Assembly (NCBI GenBank): GCA_964570765.1
Contig: CAZMZF010000011.1
Coordinates: forward strand, 3,629 to 67,628
DNA length: 64,000 nt
Reading direction: 5' to 3'
Source: an uncultured Ignavibacteria bacterium
Lineage (GTDB): Bacteria; Zixibacteria; MSB-5A5; RBG-16-43-9
The position numbers and the translations under genes were made by a program. The notes below the pieces were generated by a model that did no database searches, was not told the DNA's origin, and was given only the letters and a program-made list of their open reading frames with translations. Positions 56,658 through 64,000 of the stretch are shown piece by piece (the first letter of the stretch is position 1; each line of letters opens with the position of its first letter).

Positions 56658-58055
56658 TTATAAGACATGAATTGGTCTTCCAGCGGTTTTTAGAGCGCTT
56701 TCCCGAACTGCTTCGGCTAAGGTGGGATGGGCATGGATGGTTTCAATCAGGTCTTTTAGTTTAGTCCCCATCTTTATTCCCAGGGCAAGCTCAGCTATAA
56801 GGTCTGTGCCTCGATTGCCCATTATTATACATCCTAAAATTTTATCAGATTTCTCATCTGCTATTATTTTTACCATCCCTTCGGTCTCATCCTCGGCTAA
56901 GGCTCTTCCGTTGGCTATGAAGGGGAATCGGCCGGTTTTTATTTTAAAACCTTTATCTAAAGCTTCCTTTTCGGTCAAACCTGCTCCACCGATCTCCGGA
57001 TAGGTAAAGATGCATCTGGGCACCGCGGTATAGTCCATCTTTAAATTCCCACCTAAGGCATTCTCAACTGCACATTCTGCTTCCATTGAGGCTACATGAG
57101 CTAAAAGGTAGCCTCCGATGCAATCCCCGGCTGAATATATACCTTTGAGGTTGGTTCTTAAATATTCATCTACTTTTATTTTATCATTTTCCTGCTCTAT
57201 ACCAATCCCTTTCAGATTTAATCCGGAGGTATAAGCCTTTCGACCTACGGAAATTAGTACTTTTTTAGATAAGATTTCGAGTTCCCCTTTCGGAGTTGAG
57301 ATTTTCACTTTCCTGGTTTCAGCATCTTTTGAGTAGATACCAGTAACTTTGGATTCCGTATAGATTTTTATCCCTTCTTTTTCCCATTTCCTTCGGAGCA
57401 AAGAGACTATCTCCTCATCCTCGCCGGGAAGTATCTGGGGGAGCATCTCCACAATGGTTACCTTAGTGCCGAAGGAATGATAGAGTGAGGCAAATTCACA
57501 ACCGATATATCCACCTCCCACGATCAGAAGGGTTTTTGGCACTTCCTCAAAGGATAAAGCTTTAGTGCTGTCAACCACACCATCTAAATCTGTTCCTGAA
57601 ATGGGCAGATCGATTGGAACCGAGCCGGTTGAGATCAGAATTTTATCTGCTTGTAGCTTTTCTATCCCCCCATCGGCTTTTTTTATCAATAATGTTTTCT
57701 CATCTAAGAATGATGCAGAACCTGAGATTAGATTTACCTTTCTTTCCTTCAGAAGAAATTTTACTCCATTGACCAATCTTCTCACTACCTGTTCTTTTCT
57801 CCTCATCACCTGATCCCAGTTTAAACTAGTGAAACCGGAATCTATGCCCCAGCTTGAAGATTTCTTCATAAGGGTATAAAGGTGAGCGGTAGAGGTTAAG
57901 GTTTTAGTAGGGATACAGCCGACATTTAAGCAAGTGCCGCCAACCTCCTTTTTCTCAATCAGAGTGACTTCTGCACCCAATTGAGCTCCCCTTATAGCCC
58001 CCACATACCCGGCCGGTCCTCCCCCGATTATGGCTAATTTTTCCCGATTGGACAT
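56658..58055 (-). CDS. lpdA: Dihydrolipoyl dehydrogenase
   Basis: Contains 'IIGGGPAGY' and the redox-active disulfide 'GGTCLNVGCIPTK'. Confidence 0.9.
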   Translation of the reverse strand: MSNREKLAIIGGGPAGYVGAIRGAQLGAEVTLIEKKEVGGTCLNVGCIPTKTLTSTAHLYTLMKKSSSWGIDSGFTSLNWDQVMRRKEQVVRRLVNGVKFLLKERKVNLISGSASFLDEKTLLIKKADGGIEKLQADKILISTGSVPIDLPISGTDLDGVVDSTKALSFEEVPKTLLIVGGGYIGCEFASLYHSFGTKVTIVEMLPQILPGEDEEIVSLLRRKWEKEGIKIYTESKVTGIYSKDAETRKVKISTPKGELEILSKKVLISVGRKAYTSGLNLKGIGIEQENDKIKVDEYLRTNLKGIYSAGDCIGGYLLAHVASMEAECAVENALGGNLKMDYTAVPRCIFTYPEIGGAGLTEKEALDKGFKIKTGRFPFIANGRALAEDETEGMVKIIADEKSDKILGCIIMGNRGTDLIAELALGIKMGTKLKDLIETIHAHPTLAEAVRESALKTAGRPIHVL

Positions 58056-58279
58056 TTAGTTCTCCTTTGATTTTTTTATCCATTCAAGAAAATAGTATGA
58101 GATAATTTTAAGTCAAGTTAAAAAGTTCAAGTTTTTTAAAAGTGCTTTGAAGATAACTCTCTTTCACTTTTTCAGATCGGTGTCGGTTTGAGTTTAATCC
58201 TTGACCGCAAAAATAAAGATGGTTATATTGATAATAAATTTCTTATGTGATTTAAAAAGAAAAAAATCCAGAGGGGAAA

Positions 58280-59710
58280 ATGGAAAAGGAATATAAGATG
58301 TTGATAGGGGACAAATGGGTCTCCGGGGAGAAATTTTTTGAGGTTAAAAACAAATACAATCAAGAGGTGATCGGAAAAGTTCCGGAAACAAATAAGGAAA
58401 ACTTTGAAAAAGCGGTTTTATCTTCGCTCGCAGGATTTAAAACCATATCAACTCTTCCAGCTCACCAGAGAGCAAAGATTTTACAGAATACCTCAGAGTT
58501 AATTGAGAAGAATAAGGAAGAGTTCACCCGGATAATCTGTCTGGAGGCTGGTAAAGCCTGGAAACATTCTTTAGTTGAGGTGGAAAGGTCTGTTCAGACC
58601 TTTAAGTTTGCCTCTGAAGAGGCAAAGGATATTTGTGGTCATACCGTTCCTTTAGATGCCTCAGTTGGGGGAGAGAAAAGGATTGGTTTTTTTATGAGGT
58701 TTCCAGTAGGGGTGGTCGGAGCTATCTCCCCGTTCAATTTTCCCTTGAACTTAGTGGCGCATAAAGTTGCACCAGCCATTGCAGCTGGCTGTTCAGTAAT
58801 TTTAAAACCAGCCTCATTAACCCCTTTGACCTCGATAAAATTAGGGGAGATAATGCTGGAGGCAGGGCTATGCCCAGGTGGTTTGAACATAATCTTTGGC
58901 TCAGGAGGAACAGTAGGTGATTGGCTGGTTACCGATGAAAGGGTTTCTATGATAACTTTTACTGGAAGCCCGCCAGTGGGAAGAAGGATTAAAGAAAAAT
59001 CCGGGCTTAAAAAAGTTACCTTGGAGTTAGGCTCCAATTCTGCAGTGATAGTTGACCAGGATGCGGATTTAAACTTGGCTGTGGAAAGGTCTGTTATGGG
59101 AAGCTTTGCTTATGCCGGACAGATCTGCATATCGGTTCAGAGGATTTTTCTGCATAAGAAAATCTATGAAAAATTTAAAAAAGATTTCTTGGATAAAACC
59201 TCAAAGCTTAAATTGGGTGATCCCTTAGATAAGACAATAGATGTCGGACCGATGATCACAGAAGAAGATGCTAAGAGGACTGAATCCTGGGTAAATGAGG
59301 CTGTAAAAGAGGGAGCGAAAATTTTAATCGGAGGGAAAAGGGATGGGGCTTTCTTTTATCCAACTGTTTTAGAGAATGTCAAGCCGGAGATGAAAGTAAT
59401 GGTTTTGGAGGTCTTTGCCCCGGTGGTCTGCTTTTGCCAGTTTGAAGATTTTTCAGAGGCAGTCAAGATGGTGGACAATTCGATCTACGGGCTTCAGGCA
59501 GGGGTTTTTACAGATAATATCGAAAATGCATTTCAGGCTATCAAAGGGATAAAAGTTGGTGGAGTGATAATCAATGATGTGCCAACCTATAGAGCAGATA
59601 ATATGCCTTATGGCGGGGTTAAGGAAAGCGGGATCGGAAGAGAAGGGGTAAAATTTGCGATCGAGGAGATGACCGATATTAAAATGGTCTGCTTTAACTT
59701 GAGAAAATAA
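58280..59710 (+). CDS. NAD(P)-dependent aldehyde dehydrogenase family protein
   Basis: The ALDH catalytic motifs 'LELGSNSA' and 'GQICISVQR' (Cys nucleophile) are present. 476 aa. Confidence 0.9.
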   Translation: MEKEYKMLIGDKWVSGEKFFEVKNKYNQEVIGKVPETNKENFEKAVLSSLAGFKTISTLPAHQRAKILQNTSELIEKNKEEFTRIICLEAGKAWKHSLVEVERSVQTFKFASEEAKDICGHTVPLDASVGGEKRIGFFMRFPVGVVGAISPFNFPLNLVAHKVAPAIAAGCSVILKPASLTPLTSIKLGEIMLEAGLCPGGLNIIFGSGGTVGDWLVTDERVSMITFTGSPPVGRRIKEKSGLKKVTLELGSNSAVIVDQDADLNLAVERSVMGSFAYAGQICISVQRIFLHKKIYEKFKKDFLDKTSKLKLGDPLDKTIDVGPMITEEDAKRTESWVNEAVKEGAKILIGGKRDGAFFYPTVLENVKPEMKVMVLEVFAPVVCFCQFEDFSEAVKMVDNSIYGLQAGVFTDNIENAFQAIKGIKVGGVIINDVPTYRADNMPYGGVKESGIGREGVKFAIEEMTDIKMVCFNLRK

Positions 59711-59744
59711 TTAGGTTATAGGTGGTAGGTAGTAGCTTAACAGA

Positions 59745-59881
59745 TAGATAATCTGGAGTGTAAACCTTTCCTACGGTGGCTACGCCAGACGTAGTCTCCG
59801 CTTATAGAACAGGTTTACCAGATAAAGCTAAAGTCTTCACCAGGATCCTGTGGACAAGACCTTGATGGCTTTATATTCCAG
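59745..59881. repeat. MITE-like family A element with a GTAG-REP (family B) inserted
   Basis: 'tggagtgtaaacctttc[ctacggtggctacgccagacgtagtctccg]cttatagaac...aaagctaaagtcttcaccaggatcctgtggacaagaccttgatggctttatattccag'. Compare 17312-17423, which lacks the insert. Confidence 0.8.
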
Positions 59882-59907
59882 AGATTATCTTCAAACTGGG
59901 AAAATCA

Positions 59908-62679
59908 ATGCCTGAACTATTTTTCAAAAAGATGGTAGTTTTAGGTAAGAATGACTCAGCTTCTGAAAAAGATACAGTAGAAGTTTCAGCAGTCAAACTG
60001 GTTGATTTGAAAATAGAAAACAAATTGAATTCCCCTGTCAGTTTAAAAAAGATAAAACCCAAGGAGATTGAAGCACTTGATGATTTCTTAGAAGAGGGCA
60101 ATTTAGTTATTTTTGGCTTTGAAGATTGGCAGAAAATCCTGAAAAAACTATCCATTCAACCAGAAAATGTTTTAGACCTGAAAGAATTATCTAAAATACT
60201 TTTACCCCGCTTAAAAGAATTTAAGTTAGAAACGGTTGCTCAGTATTTCAATTTAGATTCGACTTATTCCAGAAAAGAAGCTGAGTCGGTTAATCAGATT
60301 TTATTAGCCTTACTTCATAGACTCCAGAAATTAAGCCCATCTGTTTTTCAGCAACTTTTGAGCCTTTCTTTCGGGGCAAAAGATAGCTGTTCAAAGTTTC
60401 TTATAGAGGGAAGGAAAATAGAGCTTAAAGATTTCGTGCCTTTTGAAGAAAATGAAAAGCTTCTGCTCGATTTCCAGGGCAGTCGAGGTGAGAAAGAGAC
60501 AGGCTCAAAGAAAAATTATAGTTTCATCTGGCTGAAAGAGGAAAAGGTTTTAGAATATTACCAGAGCGATGGGTTGATTTCCACACAGATGGAGAGATTT
60601 GAACAAAGGGAAGAACAGAAAAAGATGGCTCAGAAAGTGGCTTCAGCTTTTAACCAGGGTGAATTCCTTTTAGTTGAAGCCGGGGCAGGTGTGGGGAAAT
60701 CTTTAGCCTATCTGGTGCCTGCTTTATTATGGGCAGAAAAAAATAATGAAAAAAGTATTATCTCAACCAATACCAAGAATCTTCAGGAGCAGCTTTTCTT
60801 TAAGGACCTTCCGCTTTTAGAAAAAGCGCTCCCCTTTAAATTCAAAGTTACCCTGCTTAAAGGGAAAAGAAATTATCTTTGTCTTTACCGGCTTTATGAC
60901 TGGATAAATAAAGCCGAATACGAGCTTCCCCTTGAAGACCAGAAAAGCCTGGCAAATTTAGCAGTCTGGGCTTCAGAGACCAAATCCGGAGATGTTGCTG
61001 AAAATAGTGGATTTGACCTATCTAAAGATATCTCTGTGTGGAACAGAGTCCTGTGTGATGGGAGCTTTTGTCTGAACCAGGAATGTCCATATTATCAAAG
61101 ATGCTTCTATTTTAAAATCAGAAGGGAGGCACAAAGATCAGACCTGTTAGTGATCAATCATTCCCTTTTATTCTCAGACCTTTTAGCCGAAGGGAGGATT
61201 TTAGTAGCAGATAATTTGATTTTGGATGAAGCTCATAACTTAGAAAATGTGGCAACCCAGTTTTTAGGAAAAGAGCTTTCCTTCTGGAGAATAAAAGAGG
61301 TCTTGGACAGGGTTTATCATAGAAAGCTTGAAGCAGAATGGGGAGTTTTAGGGGAAATTAAATTAAGGTTTAAGCAAGGATCTTTGAAAAAAGTTGAAAG
61401 GGTCTGGTCAGAGGAGAAGCTGAAAAAAGGGATAGAGGAGGTTATTAAAACTTATAAATTCTCTGAAGAGTTTTTCAAAAAAGTTCCTTCCCGCTTAAGA
61501 GGATATTCTTCCACTGATAGCTTTAAACTTAGATATAAAAAGGATGAGCCCTTGATTTCAGAGTTAAAAGAGGAAGGTGAAAAGCTTTTAAATCATTTTA
61601 AGAAATTGAAGGATAGTTTAGAAGCAATCTCAACCGGATTAGAGGAATTTAAAAGCTCAAAGTTGGAGGGAAAATATGAAAACCTTCAACAGCTTCAAGC
61701 CGATATAGCGGAAATTCAGTCTCTGATCGACACAGCTAAAGCTTTGTTTTCAGCCGAGGACCAAGAGTTTGTCTTCTGGATAGAGTTTTCAGCTCAAAAG
61801 GATGGGATTGATTCTAAATTCTATATGGCTCCCTTAGAGGTTGGGGAAAGTTTAAATCAGCTTTTGTATGCCAATCTACGAACGGCTATATTTACTTCGG
61901 CTACTCTTTCAGTTAATGGAGATTTCTCTTATATAAAAGAAAGATTAGGTTTAAATATCTTAGAAGAAGAAAGGGTTAAAACCCTTTGCCTGGGATCTGC
62001 TTTTGCTTTTGAAAAGCAGGCCAAGGTTTTAATCCCCTCATTCATACCCTCTCCTAAGGAAGAAGGTTATGTAAAAGTTGCAAAAGAGTTAATAGAGGAA
62101 TGTGGTAAAAAATATAGAAAAAATATTCTGGCTTTGTTCACCTCCTATGAGATGTTGGATGAAGTATATAAAAGCCTTAAATCAGGTTTTGAAGAAGATG
62201 GAATCGTATTTTTAGCCCAGGGAAAAGATGGGCAGAGTACTAATCTATTTGAGAGGTTTAAAGGTGAAAAGGGTGCCATCCTTTTAGGAACATCTTCTTT
62301 CTGGGAAGGAGTAGATGCCCCGGGTAAAGCTTTGGAAATTCTAATCCTGGTAAAATTGCCTTTTGCAGTGCCAACTGAGCCTTTAGTAAGTGCCCGGATG
62401 GAGAAGTTAGAAAGTGCCGGAGAAAACCCATTTTTGAGCTACTCTTTGCCTGAGGCGGTAATAAAGTTCAAGCAAGGTTTTGGAAGGCTTATCCGGAAAA
62501 AGGACGATTATGGATTGGTGATAATCCTGGATAGCCGGGTTCTAACCCAGAGGTATGGGAGATTTTTTTTAGATTCGCTCCCGGTAAAGAGTGGGGTAGT
62601 TAAAAACAAAAAGGAGCTTTTAGATGAGATATCCAGATGGTTTGGAAAAGAAACAAAATTAACCCAGTTAAAAAACTGA
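59908..62679 (+). CDS. dinG: DinG-family ATP-dependent DNA helicase (Rad3/XPD-like FeS) with a degenerate N-terminal exonuclease-like domain
   Basis: Walker A 'AGAGVGKS', the FeS cysteines 'CDGSFCLNQECPYYQRC' and 'LILDEAHNL' (DEAH). The N-terminal 200 aa lack a recognisable DEDD motif. Confidence 0.85.
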   Translation: MPELFFKKMVVLGKNDSASEKDTVEVSAVKLVDLKIENKLNSPVSLKKIKPKEIEALDDFLEEGNLVIFGFEDWQKILKKLSIQPENVLDLKELSKILLPRLKEFKLETVAQYFNLDSTYSRKEAESVNQILLALLHRLQKLSPSVFQQLLSLSFGAKDSCSKFLIEGRKIELKDFVPFEENEKLLLDFQGSRGEKETGSKKNYSFIWLKEEKVLEYYQSDGLISTQMERFEQREEQKKMAQKVASAFNQGEFLLVEAGAGVGKSLAYLVPALLWAEKNNEKSIISTNTKNLQEQLFFKDLPLLEKALPFKFKVTLLKGKRNYLCLYRLYDWINKAEYELPLEDQKSLANLAVWASETKSGDVAENSGFDLSKDISVWNRVLCDGSFCLNQECPYYQRCFYFKIRREAQRSDLLVINHSLLFSDLLAEGRILVADNLILDEAHNLENVATQFLGKELSFWRIKEVLDRVYHRKLEAEWGVLGEIKLRFKQGSLKKVERVWSEEKLKKGIEEVIKTYKFSEEFFKKVPSRLRGYSSTDSFKLRYKKDEPLISELKEEGEKLLNHFKKLKDSLEAISTGLEEFKSSKLEGKYENLQQLQADIAEIQSLIDTAKALFSAEDQEFVFWIEFSAQKDGIDSKFYMAPLEVGESLNQLLYANLRTAIFTSATLSVNGDFSYIKERLGLNILEEERVKTLCLGSAFAFEKQAKVLIPSFIPSPKEEGYVKVAKELIEECGKKYRKNILALFTSYEMLDEVYKSLKSGFEEDGIVFLAQGKDGQSTNLFERFKGEKGAILLGTSSFWEGVDAPGKALEILILVKLPFAVPTEPLVSARMEKLESAGENPFLSYSLPEAVIKFKQGFGRLIRKKDDYGLVIILDSRVLTQRYGRFFLDSLPVKSGVVKNKKELLDEISRWFGKETKLTQLKN

Positions 62680-62689
62680 GGAGTAAAAT

Positions 62690-64000
62690 ATTAAATATAT
62701 TACAATCGACGGGGAAAATCTAAAATTAGAACAGATCGAGGAAGTGGCTTTTGGAAAAGCTTTGGTCAGGCTTTCCCAAAAAGCTATTCCAAAAATTAAC
62801 CGCTGTAGAAGATATGTGGAAGAGATAGTTAAAAAAGGGGAGACAGTTTACGGGATAAATACAGGCTTTGGAAAGCTCTGTCGGGTCAAAATCAGCCCAG
62901 TGGAGATAGAAAAGTTACAGAAGAATTTAATCTTGAGCCATGCAATTGGGGTTGGTCCAGTCTTCTGTGAGGAAGAGGTTAGAGCCGCAATCCTTCTGCA
63001 GGCGAATGTCTTAGCCAAAGGTTATTCAGGAGTGAGAGTAGAGGTAATTGAAAGTCTGATCAAATTATTAAACTCCGGAATTACCCCTATGGTTCCGGAA
63101 AAAGGCTCGGTTGGAGCATCTGGAGATTTAGCCCCTCTATCTTTTATAGCTCTGGTCTTAATTGGAGAGGGATGGGCTTTTTATCCGAATTTGGATCCTT
63201 GGGATAAGAAAAGATTAGTTTCAGGTAAACAGGCATTGAAGAAAGCTGGAATAAAACCTTTGAAACTTTCTGCAAAGGAAGGCATTGCTTTAATTAATGG
63301 TACCGAGATGATGACCGGCTTAGGGGTCTTAACCTTACTTAAGGGAGAGAGATTGGCTGAGTTAGCGGATATGGCTGGAGCATTAAGCTGTGAGGCGGCT
63401 TTAGCTACTCCAGTGGCATTTGACGAGGATTTGCAAAAGGTAAGAGCGCATAAAGGACAGAAAATCTCTGCTTATAATTTAGTGCAGCTTATGAAAAATA
63501 GCCAGATCCGGGAGTTCCATAAAGCCTGTCCCAAAGTGCAAGACCCTTACTCTTTTCGCTGTATGCCCCAGGTTCACGGCGCAGTCAGGGATGTATTAGG
63601 TTATGTCCGCTCGGTCTTAGAGGTGGAAATAAATTCAGCCACAGATAACCCTTTAATCTTTCCGGAGAAGAATAAAATCATCTCTGGTGGGAACTTTCAC
63701 GGAGAACCAGTAGCATTAGCCTTAGATTTCTTAGGGATAGCATTAGCTGAGCTTGCCAGTATCTCCGAAAGAAGAATAGCCGCGATGATGGACCCGAATA
63801 TCACCGACCTGCCAGCTTTTCTTATCTCTGAGCCAGGAATAAACTCAGGCTTGATGATGGCTCAGACTACAGCCGCGGCCTTGGTCTCAGAGAATAAAAT
63901 CTTAGCTCATCCAGCCTCAGTTGACTCTATCCCCACCTCTTTAAATCAGGAAGACCATGTGAGTATGGGGACGATTTCTTCAAGAAAAGCAAGGGAAATA
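62690..64000 (+). CDS. hutH: Histidine ammonia-lyase (3' end lies outside the window)
   Basis: Contains 'GSVGASGDLAPLS', the Ala-Ser-Gly MIO-forming motif. The conserved N-terminus 'ITIDGENLKLEQIEEVAFG' has no in-frame ATG, GTG or TTG. A GAGGAG RBS at 62678-62683 is followed by an ATT at 62690. Confidence 0.8.
   Translation, partial: MKYITIDGENLKLEQIEEVAFGKALVRLSQKAIPKINRCRRYVEEIVKKGETVYGINTGFGKLCRVKISPVEIEKLQKNLILSHAIGVGPVFCEEEVRAAILLQANVLAKGYSGVRVEVIESLIKLLNSGITPMVPEKGSVGASGDLAPLSFIALVLIGEGWAFYPNLDPWDKKRLVSGKQALKKAGIKPLKLSAKEGIALINGTEMMTGLGVLTLLKGERLAELADMAGALSCEAALATPVAFDEDLQKVRAHKGQKISAYNLVQLMKNSQIREFHKACPKVQDPYSFRCMPQVHGAVRDVLGYVRSVLEVEINSATDNPLIFPEKNKIISGGNFHGEPVALALDFLGIALAELASISERRIAAMMDPNITDLPAFLISEPGINSGLMMAQTTAAALVSENKILAHPASVDSIPTSLNQEDHVSMGTISSRKAREI

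Overview
This 64 kb window looks like a low-GC bacterial chromosome segment (about 32-43% GC in the background windows I counted), apparently from an uncultured or candidate lineage. The core genome is syntenic housekeeping: a lon 3' end, hutU-hutI, a glycolysis block (PPi-type pfk, gap, pgk, tpiA, secG, tRNA-Leu), LPS/O-antigen genes (gmhA, Wzx-like flippase, O-antigen ligase), alaS-recX-recA, thpR-cinA-pgpA-pgsA, dprA, lpdA, an ALDH, a dinG-like helicase and the start of hutH. Several accessory insertions interrupt this backbone. (1) A GC-rich island (about 55-58% GC) carries a SIR2-HerA anti-phage pair. (2) An IS200-like REP-associated tyrosine transposase (RAYT) is present but frameshifted. 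(3) A large N6/N4 DNA methyltransferase sits next to a frameshifted radC. (4) An AT-rich three-gene operon contains a HicA/HicB-like pair preceded by a TIGR04255-like gene. (5) An ABC-2 exporter operon has an embedded SAM-methyltransferase and a terminator-like leader hairpin. (6) A Met-rich LTXXQ periplasmic protein lies beside a PDZ-PDZ-multiTM-GAF-PP2C mega-sensor whose 5' half is strongly GC-rich. The most striking sequence-level signal is that almost every intergenic region is packed with modular GC-rich palindromic elements. These include REP-like hairpins that begin with GTAG and MITE-like elements with GGAGTG terminal inverted repeats, and some are demonstrably nested inside the loops of others. 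I found no CRISPR array and no rRNA. All functional calls come from motifs read directly in the translations, without database searches, and several start codons are uncertain.
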